From contig NIVC01002412.1 of assembly GCA_002269645.1 (NCBI GenBank), positions 62,001-126,000 of the forward strand: DNA of 64,000 nt, in the 5' to 3' direction. The notes beneath the pieces were generated by a model. The model ran no database searches and was not told the origin of the DNA. It worked only from the letters and a program-made list of their open reading frames with translations. This stretch comes from Macrostomum lignano (taxonomy: Eukaryota). The position numbers and the translations under genes are program-made. Of this stretch, positions 22,601 to 35,100 are shown piece by piece. Numbering within the stretch: position 1 is the first letter of the stretch; the number at the start of each line of letters is the position of its first letter.

Positions 22601-25600
22601 TCCATATGAGAATCACTCCATATGAGAATCACTCCATATGAGAATCACTCCATATGAGAATCACTCCCGCGTGAGAATCACTCCACTTGAGAATCACTCC
22701 ATATGAGAATCACTCATATGAGAATCATCCATATGAGAATCACTCACCCGTGAGAATCACTCCACTTGAGAATCACTCATGTGAGAATCAACTCCACGTG
22801 AGAGAATCACCCCACGTGAGAATCACCCACATCAGAATCACTCCACGTGAGAATCACTCCATGTGAGAATCACTCCACGTGAGAGAATCACCCCCAGAAT
22901 CACCCCACGTAAGAATCACTCCACGTGAGAATCACTCCATGTGAGAATCACTCCATATGAGAATCACTCCGTATGAGAATCACTCCCGTGAGAATCACTC
23001 CATGTGAGAATCACTCCATGGAGAATCACTCCACGTAAGAATCACTCCATGTGACAATCACTCCATGTGACAATCACTCCATGGACAATCACTCCACGTG
23101 ACAATCACTCCATGTGAGAATCACTCCATGTGAGAATCACTCCATGTGAGAATCACTCCATGTCAGAATCACTCCACGTGAGAATAACCCATTAAGTCAT
23201 TAGAATCACCCACTGAGTCATGAGAATTACACTGAGACCCTGAGAAATACTACAAAGCACGAATCCTAATCTTTACATCCCAGGTGAACCATAGTCCATC
23301 ATTCAGCCACCGATTCTCAGCTTGATCTGGACATCAAATCCGCTTTAATCCTGGACACGCTGCGGCTAGTCAACATTGGCGCGGTGGACAAGCGCAAAGC
23401 GATGGAAGAGGAGCGAAGAAAAAGCGCGCGATAGGCTCTTCCAGCGAGGCAGCAGGCGGAAGGCAGGTAATTATACAAATGTAGTGTGGTGTGTGGTGTG
23501 AGATGTCTAATTACCGATCATACTCAATTTTTGGTTGTTAATTTCTAAATGGTAAGCCGTTAAGGATGAGATTTTTGGGGGGGGGGGAATATGGATTGTT
23601 ATTGCCTCCAGTCTTCATCCCCCACGCCCACCACCCCAATCTCTTCCCCACGCCCACCAACCCATTCTCTTCCCCCCACGCCCACCACTCCAATCTCTTT
23701 CCGAAGTGAAGGGTCTCTTCCCCCCACCACCCAAACTCTTTCCCCCCGGCCCACACCTCAATCTCATTACCAGCCATGCCCATCACCCCAATCTCTTTCC
23801 CCCACGCCCACCACCCCAATCTCTTCCCCCCCCACGCCCACCACCCCAATCTCTTCCTTCCACGCCCACCAGCCCAATCTCTTTCCCCCCACGCCCACCA
23901 CCCCAATCTCTTTACCCCCACCCCATTACCCTAATCTCATTACCAGCCATGCCACCACCCCAATTTCTTTCCCCCCACGCGTACCACCCCAATCTCATTA
24001 CCAGCCAAGCCACCACCCCAATCTCTTTCCTCCCCACGCGTACCACCCCAATCTCATTACCAGCCATGTCCACCACCCCAATCTTTTTATCAGCCATGCC
24101 CACCACCCAATCTCTTTCCGAGCGAAGGATCTCTTCCCCCGCCACCCAATCTCTTTCCCCCACGCCCACCACCCCCATCTCTTTCCCCCCACGCCCAACA
24201 TCCCAATCTCTTTCCCCCCACGCCCAACATCCCAATCTCTTTCCCCCCACGCCCAACATCCCAATCTCTTTCCCCCCACGCCCAACATCCCAATCTCTTT
24301 CCCCCCTACGCTCGCCACCCCAATCTCTTTACCAGCCATGCCCACCACTTAAATCTCTTCCCCGCGCCCACCTCTCTTCAAAGCTCCCACCAAACCGCCG
24401 CCGCACACAGAGAAGACACAGAACGCGATTTGGCCCAATCAGCTGAGTCGCTGCGCCGCTACGAAGACGCTCACCTGGGCAATTATCGTCGAATCTATCC
24501 GCCTCAGGCGGGCCAGGCAGACCGGTACGAGCGCTTTATGACCCAGGCCGGCTCCATCTATCACGAGACGGCCGCGGCTCGAGCTCGGGCCGACTGCGCC
24601 AGACAATTGCGGCGAGACCTGGAAAGAAAATGGGCCGAGGAGAGAGAGTTTGCTAACAGGCAGCAGCAGCAGCAGGGTACGGCCAGGCAGAGGCAGACAC
24701 AACAACAACAACAGCAACAGCAAAAGCAGAAACAGGCAAGGCCGGAGAGTCCAACGGACTCACAAGCGTCTGACAGAGTTAAGACGAAGCGAGAGTCTGC
24801 GGTGACTCCGTCAATGCAGCAGACGCCGACGCAGCCTCTTCCTCCCAGATCGTTGAGAATGACAAAAAGGACTCCGACCAGCTACTCTCTCGCTTCCCGA
24901 GAGGTCAGATAAATATATATATATCTACATAAATATTATTGAATTTGTTTTTAGCACTACTTTTCGACTGCAGTAGTATCAATAGTGAATTCTGTTAAAT
25001 TTTTGTGCACACGCTAATTTTTAACTGAACATACGTAATTATGTCTCTCTCATGTCCGGTTTCTCTATCTAAATAGCTCCGTCTTATCAATGTATCAATC
25101 GTCAGTCAAATCTCACTCCACAAATTGTCACTCCATCAATTGTCGCCAGGCCGTCCGCGAGCGTGCAGAATCCCAGCAGCAGCTTCGAGAGGCCGCGGAC
25201 ACCAGCCGGGCGCAGCCAATCGTGGATGAAGAAGAAATCGAGCGACTGTCCGGTCTGCTGCAGCGGGACAACCTGCTGCGCAGCATGGGCATCACCGAGC
25301 TGGTGTACCGGATGCTGCACTGCACCCCCGGCACAGTGCCTATGGCAGCGCTGCCTGGCAATCAGCAGCTACCAGCGATTGCTTTCAAGAACGGCAGCAG
25401 CGGCGGAAAATCGATAATTTCGTCGACCAAGAAAGCCGACGGCGGGCATCGTTCGGCCCGGCTGCAGCAGCAGCAGATGCTCATGCTCATGCAGCTGCAG
25501 CGACAGACCACGGCGCCGGAGATGCCGATGGGACGGACTGGTGAGGGGGGGGTGATTATCATTTCTTAATCAGAAGGTAGCTGGGGGGCGATGGAGGTCC

Positions 25601-26267
25601 AGGGGGTAGTTGGGGGGGGGGGGCGATGGAGGTCCAGGGGGTAGTTGGGGGGCGATGGAGGTCCAGGGGGTAGTTGGGGGGGCGATGGAGGTCCAGGGGT
25701 AGTTGGGGGGGGGCGATGGAGGTCCAGTTGGTAGTTGGGGGGCGATGGAGGTCCAGGGGGTAGTTGGGGGGCGATGGAGGTCCAGAAAGTGGCTGCACGA
25801 TGAAAGATCATAGTTGAAGGGACAGTGGTAGCACGTGCATTATTTTTACTCGTTTTATCCCATTTGCAACAGCATACATGTACAAAGCTACGATTCCAGG
25901 AAGCTCTGGTCGCGGCGCCGCCACCCTGGTCTACCAACGCCAGCCTCATCTGCAGTCCGCCGCCGCCGTCGCCGCAGCTGCCCCAGCGACCGCAAGCCGG
26001 TTGCTACCAGACTTGACACCTCCGATGCAGCCATTGGGGCAGCCACAGCTTCAGCAGCAGCAGCAGCTTGGAAGCTCGATGACAACGGCACCAACCCAGC
26101 TGTCCGTGGTCTCTGCTTCGGCCCCGGTTGCTGCCAGGGCCGCTTCAGCTGATCCTCAGCAGCAGATGTTGTCGTCATCAAACAGAGCCGGGCGTTCTCA
26201 ACGATTGCGTCAGAGTGCCGCCGGCGAAACCTTCGAGCGTCAATCAACTGTGCTGACAATGCGATGA
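10354..26267 (+). CDS. TTLL6: Tubulin polyglutamylase TTLL6/TTLL13-like, 12 coding exons, about 899 aa if two 1-bp insertions in exon 9 are corrected
   Basis: Exons: 10354-10697, 10832-10872, 10970-11088, 11171-11301, 15712-15868, 17345-17488, 17924-18012, 18247-18472, 23284-23466, 24422-24903, 25150-25540, 25873-26267. Motifs: WNVFWTD, KINHFPGM.EICRKD.LARNL, YILKPDAGCQGRGI, KFDLRVYVLV, MHLTNYA, CFEILGFDIILD, LEVNHSPSF, ERLSGLLQRDNL. All phases are consistent after removing 2 nt from exon 9. TTLL6 versus TTLL13 cannot be resolved by eye. Confidence 0.93.
11345..11825. repeat. Purine-rich degenerate minisatellite (GAGATGCAGGGAGAGGG)n
   Basis: Direct reading of TTLL intron 4. Confidence 0.85.
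12553..15368. repeat. 23-bp minisatellite (TAAACCCCGATGAGTTTCCTCTC)n, about 2.8 kb, with higher-order blocks
   Basis: Period of 23 measured at 13503 and 13526. TTLL intron 4. Confidence 0.97.
15930..16945. repeat. 28-bp minisatellite (GATCAATTAGCCCACCACCCCTTCTCGC)n
   Basis: Period of 28 measured at 16441 and 16469. TTLL intron 5. Confidence 0.95.
17525..17728. repeat. 40-bp minisatellite, about 5 copies
   Basis: GTCGTTTTGAAGGGGTCTGGGCGTGAGGTGGGTGTGGTGC units in TTLL intron 6. Confidence 0.9.
18057..18232. repeat. 24-bp minisatellite, about 7 copies
   Basis: ACCTCATCCCCATGCCAGGCACCC units filling most of TTLL intron 7. Confidence 0.9.
18520..19135. repeat. 20-bp minisatellite (ACTGAGCTACTCCCTCAGCT)n
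   Basis: Period of 20. The unit contains the inverted pair CTGAG/CTCAG. TTLL intron 8. Confidence 0.95.
19628..20162. repeat. (TG)n run grading into a 19-bp repeat (GATGTAGTGTGGTGTGTGT)n
   Basis: Direct reading of TTLL intron 8. Confidence 0.95.
20245..22020. repeat. 31-bp minisatellite (GGCATCCTAAGGCCCACAATTGTTTAAATAT)n
   Basis: Period of 31 measured at 20947 and 20978. TTLL intron 8. Confidence 0.97.
22229..22500 (-). pseudogene. Possible decayed non-LTR (RTE-like) ORF2 fragment
   Basis: RRVSLAGMASDKRQFYN...IEAEAGEGIGIRAL resembles, from memory, the EN-RT linker of RTE-type LINEs. Not verified by a search. Confidence 0.3.
22535..23190. repeat. 16-bp minisatellite (GAGAATCACTCCATAT/GT)n
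   Basis: Period of 16. TTLL intron 8. Confidence 0.95.
23610..24360. repeat. C-rich ~27-30-bp minisatellite (CCCCACGCCCACCACCCCAATCTCTTT)n
   Basis: TTLL intron 9. Source of the Pro-rich pseudo-ORFs. Confidence 0.9.
25578..25775. repeat. G-rich ~29-bp minisatellite (GGGGGCGATGGAGGTCCAGGGGGTAGTTG)n
   Basis: TTLL intron 11. Each unit has several G-runs. Confidence 0.9.
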
Positions 26268-27527
26268 GCTGAGCAATCCGGGCCAGTCCAAATATTTAAT
26301 TGTGTATATGCGTATTATAAGAGTTCATAGCTATTTTTTTCTGGCTTATCTTTAGTCCGTCGCTATAATTACAATTGCGTACAAACTTTATTATTCGTGT
26401 GTTGTATTTGATTCTATATACGTACAGTTTCCCATGAAACTTCTACACAAATTCAAATGCATTGAAATTTAACACAGATATATTCAATAAAGCACTCGTA
26501 ATTTGACGTGACACAGATTGACGCATTCGATCTGTGTTCTATATTAGTCAGATAATCATATTTCATTTTTATGCTTTATATTCCTATCACATCTGACCTT
26601 CAGAAGTTACAAAAATAAAGTCGCGCCGCTGTACATTTTCATGCATTAGATTTTGACCATTTCATGGTAAACAAACAAAAATATCGCTTCATATATTATG
26701 TATACATGCGCATGCAAACGTTAACGAGCAGCCTTTATATGTAGACCTTGCCTCTAAAAGTGTCGGTAAATAATATTCTCAATAAACTACAAACCCTATC
26801 ACTGTACAACCAGTCCCTTGTAGCATATTCGAAAATATTTTCCAGAATGTTCCTACCTAGATGTAAAAGTACAAGAAACTTCTAAAAGATGTAAAATATG
26901 TAAAATATTTTCACTTGCACTCGCAAACAAGTACAAGCGTTTGTCTGTACTTGATTATACATGTATTTTCACCCGCCCATAAAAATCGAATTTACTAAGG
27001 AGGGTTCGTTTGCAGTAAAACTATTTCAACGTAAAATATGCGTTCTTTTGTATCTAGAGCAGCGCAAATCCACTTAAAACATACAGGAAAGAAGATAAAT
27101 AAGTTTGAGCATCAATCAGTACAACTGGTTTGTAAGTCTTTAAAACGTCTGAAGCAAAAGTATGGCGCTGCATATATATGATAATAGTGCCATTTTGTTA
27201 ATCTATGAGTTGAAACTTTTTGAGAATTATTTCGTTGCTGTGATGCAAGACTACAAGTAGGCCAGTTCTAATGTCGCCGGTTTTAAAGTTTTAACGAATC
27301 TGCAAACAATAACAAAAGTAGTGGCAGATTAATTAATCTAAGCATTCCGTGATGTTTAAAGCAAAAATAAATAAATAAATAAAAGTTTTTATTTATTTAA
27401 TTTACCTAAATACTTCAAATTCAAAGCTGTTGCTACCTACTACAATGCATATTTTATTTTTGGTTATTGTTACCTTTTTTCATAGGTTTAAAGTTTTACT
27501 CAAATCGCAGGGAGATTTCCAAAGTAT

Positions 27528-27709
27528 CAGGGGCGTAGCCAAGGGTGGGGTCATGGGGGTCATGACCCCCCCCCAGCCGGCTGATCCAGGCCAAATTTTC
27601 AGGCCCCTTCCCCGTCGCAGAGGCCTAGCTAGCACCCCCTGCCCCGGTTGCCGCTGTGAGCCTGTGACTGACTGTGACCCCCCAGAAGGAAATCCTGGCA
27701 ACGCCACTG
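27528..27709. mobile_element. hAT-type MITE, 182 bp
   Basis: Termini CAGGGGCGTAGCCAAGG ... CCTGGCAACGCCACTG. Perfect 8-bp TSD CAAAGTAT at 27520-27527 and 27710-27717. Confidence 0.9.
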
Positions 27710-28628
27710 CAAAGTATCAAATTCAGACAGGGTATACAGAAGGCATTCTTGACAGTTTCAACCTTTTTTAACTTCACAATAGTAATATTTTTAAAATGAG
27801 GGAGGCATTGGACATTAGAAACAGAAAAATGGCTTCATATTTGAGTTTGCATTTCCTATAATATGCTATAATATTCTCCTTTATATTTTTCTTACTGATG
27901 TACAATATAATACCATTCTGATATTTACTATTAATAGTCAAATAAAGGGGCATATTCTTAAAATTCTATACATGGCATCACTAATAAAGCCTTAAAATTA
28001 AAATGCATACCTTACTTGAAATTTTGTGAAGAAAATTATCATTTTCTTGTGCATGTGCAGCACAACTTATGCTCTTGTCAATTTATAAAATTATTCAATG
28101 CCCATGCATGTATTAAACTCAAGAATAAAATGTTTTTGTGAGTTGAATATACTATGCTCGGTAACAACAATATATTTATTTTCTGAGATATTCCAATTTT
28201 AATTTCATTGAGAGTTTTTCATTGAGCTGCAATACTTTTGAAATAAAGCAAAGTCCTGTCTGCATATTGAGATGCTTAGAAATTGGAGTCTTAAAAAATA
28301 AATATATAGTAGCGGTGACTCTGTTTTCAGTTGCCAGAAATTTTAAACAATTGTAATCTAGTTTTTGTTTTATGAATAAAATGAAGTGTTATACTTACGT
28401 CAAATTAGATGTTATAAAATAATTTGTATTTTTATGACTTTAGTTTTATAATTTAAAGCAGATTTCAACTATACTTACTGACTAAAATATTCGAGAAGAC
28501 GATTTGATCTGCGCCATAAATTATTCATGTGATGCTTCTGATTTTGCATGCGGCCATATACCTTCAAAATTTAAGCTAGATAAGTATTTTCCAAAGCGCG
28601 CCAAAAACTCGCGTAGCCAACGCAGGCA

Positions 28629-29144
28629 ATGTACGACAGGGCGCGCAGGGACTTCAGCTTCCAGGGCAACGCGGTCACCGACATCCATGTCGGCCCGGGT
28701 GCCTACGACACCGACAAGCCGGCACGGACCAAGATTCGAGCTGACGGCTACGCACCATTCAACTCGTTGAGCACTAGGGACAACTTCCTCACACCGAACG
28801 ATGCCATCGTGGCGGCGCCAGGGCCCGGGCAGTACAATGTGCTGTCGGGCTCCGGCCAGTCGGCTGTGGTTGGCGGAAGCTCGCTGGCTAATCGGAGCCT
28901 TCGATTTGTGGAGCGCAGGTTTGATTTGAATTTCAAATGATTTCGCTAAAATGGTGTTAATGAGGTGTTGGAGCTTGCATTCAAAATTGGTAGGTTGATT
29001 TATAGATAGATTGTTAGATTGATTGATTGATTGATTGATTGATTAATTAATTGGTTGATTGATTGATTGATTGATTAATTAATTGGTTGATTGATTGATG
29101 GATTGATTAATTAATTAATTGGTTGATTGATTGATTGATTGATT

Positions 29145-29180
<36 letters not shown>

Positions 29181-32100
29181 AATTAATTGATTGATTACTT
29201 GATTAAATGATTGATTAATTGATTGGATGACTGACTGACTGATTGAATAATTGATTAATTAATTATTTGACTGATTGATTTATTAACTGATTGACTGATT
29301 GTTTAATTGACTGATTGACTGATTGATTGATTGATTTTACATGTCTATTGATTAGCTATTGATTAGGCCACAAAAAACCTTATATTTTTACTATCAGTAG
29401 TTCAATTCAATCCGTTTTGAATTTTGTATTTACTTACCCAGAGAGGTGGCCCCCGGCCCGGCTGACTACACAGTGCAGGTGGCGGCCATCAAGGTGGCTC
29501 CGCCATCTGACGCATCAGCAGCTCAGCATCAGCAGCGCGGCAGCCGAGTCCGATTCAAGAGAGTTGATGACGCGCCCAGCATCCCGTTCCCCGGGCAGGC
29601 CTACGGCTTCGAGGAGAACGAGCACGGCCTGCTAGTAAAACAGCCGGCGCCAGACCGGGACACCTCGCTGGGCCCAGCGTTCTACCGAGTGTCCGGCGGA
29701 GCTGGCTCAGAGGGCGGCTACAAGGGCTGCCACTGGTTGGTGCAGCTTCAACTGCGATATTATTATTGCTTTTCTAGGCAGCTAGAATTAGAAATCCTGC
29801 AGCAGCTGTAGCAACTGGAAACCAATCCTATCAATGGAAACCCATCCTATCAGTTGGAAACCAATCCTATCAACTGGAAACCCATCCTATCAGTTGGAAA
29901 CCAATCTTATCAACTGGAAACCCATCCTATCAGTTGGAAACCAATCCTATCAACAGGAAACCAATCCTATCAGTTGGAAACCCATCATATCAACTGGAAA
30001 CCAATCCTATCAACAGGAAACCAATCCTATCAGTTGGAAACCCATCATATCAACAGGAAACCAATCCTATCAACTGGAAACCAATCCTATCAACTGGAAA
30101 CCAATCCTATCAATGAAAACCAATCCTATCAATGGAAACCAATCCTATCAACAGGAAACCAATCCTATCAACTGGAAACCAATCCTATCAATGGAAACCA
30201 ATCCTATCAATGGAAACCAATCCTATCAACTGGAAACCAATCCTATCAATGGAAACCAATCCTATCAATGGAAACCAATCCTATCAATGGAAACCAATCC
30301 TATCAATGGAAACCAATCCTATCAATCTAAACCAATCCTATCAATGGAAACCAATCCTATCAATGGAAACCAATCCTATCAATGGAAACCAATCCTATCA
30401 ACTGGAAACCAATCCTATCAATGGAAACCAATCCTATCAACTGGAAACCAATCCTATCAACTGGAAACCAATCCTATCAACTGGAAACCAATCCTATCAA
30501 CTGGAAACCAATCCTATCAACTGGAAACCAATCCTATCAACTGGAAACCCATCCTATCAACTGGAAACCCATCCTATCAACTGGAAACCAATCCTATCAA
30601 TGGAAACCAATCCTATCAATGGAAACCAATCCTATCAATGGAAACCAATCCTATCAATGGAAACCAATACTATCAATGGAAACCAATCCTATCAATGGAA
30701 ACCAATCCTATCAACTGGAAACCAATCTTATCAATGGAAGCCAACCCTATCAGTTGGAAGCCAATCCTATCAACTGGAAGCCAATCCTAGCAACCCAGAA
30801 ACCTGTCCTGGTCCCCACCCCAGCACCCAGTAAACCCAGCTCTCCCAAACCCGCTGCTCAGGTCAAAATCGCGCGCCAGACGGGCTGACTTCACATCTGG
30901 CGCCAGCGCCGCGGGGCCGGGCCCTGGCGACTACGACATCGGTGGCGAGACGCAGCGCGCCCATGTGGTGCACATGAACGTGCGCGACGGTAAGCCGCCT
31001 GCCGAGCTGCGGGTGCCGCGCTACAACGAGATGCTGGAGCGTCAGGCGGCCAGGAACCCGGTGCCCGGACCCGGCGCTTACGGAGTCCGCGGCCACTTCG
31101 ATGAGGTCAGCTGAATATCTTCTCTGACGCTCCGTCTCTTCTCCTGACTCTCAATCCCTTGCTCCCGACTCTCAGTCTATCTTGACTCTCGGTCTCTCCT
31201 TCTGACTCTCAGTCTCTCCTCCTGACTGTCTCGGTCTCTCCTTCTGACTCTCAGTCTCTCCTCCTGACTCTCGGTCTCTCCTCCTGACTGTCTCGGTCTC
31301 TCCTTCTGACTCTCAGTCTCTCTTGACTCTCAGTCTCTCCTCCTGACTCTCGGTTTCTCCTCCTGACTCTCTCGGTCTCTCCTCTGACTCTCGGTCTCTT
31401 CTCCTGACTCTCGGCCTCTCCTCTGACTCTCGGTCTCTCCTCCTGACTCTCAGTCTCTCCTCTGACTCTCGGTGTTTTCTCCTGACTCTCAGTCTCTCTC
31501 TCGGTGTTTTCTCCTCACTCTCGGTCTCTCCTCTGACTCTCTCGGTCTCTCCTCCTGACTCTCGGTCTCTCCTCCTGACTCTCGGTCTCTCCTCTGACTC
31601 TCGGTGTTTTCTCCTGACTCTCAGTCTCTCTCTCGGTGTTTTCCCCTGACTTTCGGTCTCTCCTCCTGACTCTCTCGGTCTCTCATCCTGACTCTCTGGG
31701 TCTCTCCTCCTGACTCTCTCGGTCTCTCATCCTGACTCTCTCGGTCTCTCCTCCTGACTCTCTCGGTCTCTCATCCTGACTCTCTTGGTCTCTCCTCCTG
31801 ACTCTCGGTGTTTTCTCCTGACTCTCGGTCTCTCCTCCTGACTCTCGGTCTCTCGTCCTGACTCTCTCGGTCTCTCCTCTTGACTCTCGGTGTTTTCTCC
31901 TGACTCTCGGTGTTTTCTCCTGACTCTCGGTCTCTCCTCCTGACTCTCTCAGTCTCTCCTCCTGACTCTCTCGGTCTCTCCTCCTGACTCTCGGTCTCTC
32001 CTCTGACTCTCGGTGTTTTCTCCTGACTCTCAGTCTCTCTCTCGGTGTTTTCTCCTCACTCTCGGTCTCTCCTCCTGACTCTCGGTTTCTCCTGACTCTC

Positions 32101-35100
32101 TCGGTCTCTCGTCCTGACTCTCGGTCTCGTCCCGACTCTTAGTCTCTTCTACCGACTCTGAATCTCACCCTCAACCCATCCCGCTCTCATCTCCTCCAGG
32201 TTGGCGCGTTGTCAGAGGCAGCCGTTGCCAATGGCGATTCGGCTGAACGGCCCCCGTTCGGCGTTCAAAGCCGCAGATTCGGCTCGGCCAAGGAGGCCAC
32301 GCCGGGCCCGGGCGCCTACTCGGATCCGCGTACAGCGCTGACGGCGCTGAAACGGGGCGCCGGCGCTCATCTAAAAAAGAGCCCATTCGGCAACACGGCG
32401 ATTCGATTTCAGGACGACTCCGGAGTTCGCCTGATGCCGGGCCCGGGCGCGTACACCGTCAACTCTGGAATGCTGGCAGCGGATTCAATGAAGAAGGTGT
32501 TCTTGGGCGCCTCGCAGAAGGGCGCCTTCGGCAGCACCGCCGTGCGAATGCAGCCGTTCGTGCGCAAGACGGAGGCAGACCGGCCCGGCCCCGCCAGCTA
32601 CGAAGTTCGTGACCGGCCGAATTTCCAGTCAAAGTACAACCAGCCGCGGTCGAGCATGTTTGCCAGCCTCACTAATAGGGATTTTGATCCCGTTCTGGCT
32701 GAGAAGGTGAGTGTCTTAGAAAATCCAGTGAGACTTGAATGTAATAATTAAACACTATATGAGGATTTTTAAAATTTATAGCCAAAATAGCGAGGAGACA
32801 ATCAAATCTCACTCCGCATGGATTTGAGACAATCAAATCTCACTCCGCATGGATTTGAGACAATCAAAATCTCACTCCACATGGATTTGAGACAATCAAA
32901 TCTCACTCCACATGGATTTGAGACAATAAAAATCTCACTCCACACGGATTTGAGACAATCAAATCTCAATCCACATGGATTCGAGACAATCAAATCTCAC
33001 TATACATGGATTTGAGACAATCAAATCTCACTCCACATGAACTTGAGACAATCAAATTTTACTCTGTATGGATTTGAGACAATCATATTTCTATCCACAT
33101 TGATTTGAGACAATAAAAATCTCACAGCACATGGACTTGAGACAATCAAATCTCACTCCACATGAATTTGAGACAATCAAAATCTCAGTCCACATGGATT
33201 TGAGACAATCAAATCTCAATCCACATGGATTTGAGACAATCAAATCTCAATCCACATGGATTTGAGACAATCAAATTTTACTCTGTATGGATTTGAGACA
33301 ATCATATTTCTATCCACATTGATTTGAGACAATAAAAATCTCACAGCACATGGACTTGAGACAATCAAATCTCAATCCACATGGATTTGAGACAATCAAA
33401 TCTCACTCCACATGAACTTGAGACAATCAAAATCTCACTCCACATGGATTTGAGACAATCAAATTTCTATCCACATGGATTTGAGACAATCAAATCTCAA
33501 TCCATATGAATTTGAGACGATCAAATCTCACTCCACATGAACTTGAGACAGTCAAATTTTACTCTGTATGGATTTGAGACAATCAAATCTCAATCCACAT
33601 GGATTCGAGACAATCAAAATCTCACTCCACATGGATTTGAGACAATCAAAATCTCACTCCACATGGATTTGAGACAATCAAAATCTCACTATACATGGAT
33701 TTGAGACAATCAAATCTCACTCCACATGAACTTGAGACAATCAAAATCTCACTCCACATGGATTTGAGACAATCAAATTTCTATCCACATGGATTTGAGA
33801 CAATCAAATCTCAATCCATATGAATTTGAGACAATCAAATTTCTATCCACATGGATTTGAGACAATCAAATTTCTATCCACATGGATTTGAGACAATCAA
33901 ATTTCTATCCACATGGATTTGAGACAATCAAATCTCAATCCATATGAATTTGAGACGATCAAATCTCACTCCACATGAACTTGAGACAGTCAAATTTTAC
34001 TCTGTATGGATTTGAGACAATCAAATCTCAATCCACATGGATTCGAGACAATCAAATCTCACTCCACATGGATTTGAGACAATCAAATCTCACTCCACAT
34101 GGATTTGAGACAATCAAATTTCTATCCACATGGATTTGAGACAATCAAATCTCAATCCACATGGATTCGAGACAATCAAATCTTACTATACATGGTTTTG
34201 AGACAATCAAATCTCACTCCACATGGATTTGAGACAATCAAATTTCAATCCACATGGATTTGAGACAATCAAATCTCAATCCACATGGATTCGAGACAAT
34301 CAAATCTCACTATACATGGATTTGAGAGAATCAAAATCTCATTCGAAATCTCTGTGCCGGAGATTTCGCACAAAATCTTAGTCCAGTCTTAGTCCATTTT
34401 TCACGGATTCCGTGAAAATGGTTTCTGGAAAATTGTTTTTTATATTTTTTCTTATTTATTCAATCAAGGAGAAATTTTCCAGGAAATCAGGACATCACCA
34501 ATAGAATTTGCCGGGGCTGTTACTGAAAAAAATAACTTTTAGATTCTCGGATCAACTTTATAATCTCTTTCGAATTCAGCCGGCCAAATTAAATTGATCG
34601 GAGACTGGAACGCGACCTCATCTTTCGCCTCGAAAGCGGAAACGCCCGGCCAGCCAGTCAAAGATGTTTATCAATTGATTGAATGCAGTTTTTGTTATCC
34701 CAATGCCGATTCGTATCCTGGGATTTTAATTGACATTTCCTGCTCAATAGGGGAGCTGTAGGATTCTTCCTGTCTATCTTGCCATGCTCAAGTGCAACCG
34801 CGGGCCCCCTCCTGTTGATGCTGAGCAGAATAGTATCTATCCGTTTCCATCGGAACTTTTCAGATGCATTTTTTCTAGACTATCCTGGTAAATTTCTAGT
34901 TGGTACTTATTTAGCAAAAAATCTTGCCTAAATGCACTACTTTGGATCTCTATTATTCTAACTAACAACTGCAAAAACGTATTTGCGTTCTGTTTATTAT
35001 AACAAATTGATAAATCTATTGGGTACTCGGTGGTGACGTTATCTATTTGTACTTAGTTTATATTGAGCTCGGAGGAATGCATACCGGTACTGACTCACTA

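Noticed and set aside
25077-25149. Acceptor at 25076 or ATG at 25090 as the start of TTLL exon 11
   Set aside because: Phase is incompatible with the donor at 24904. The CAG at 25147-25149 gives the correct phase and conserved sequence.
26268-28628. TTLL-STPG2 as an operon or polycistronic unit
   Set aside because: The 2.4-kb spacer contains an AATAAA at about 26486 and a MITE, and nothing in the sequence shows co-transcription.
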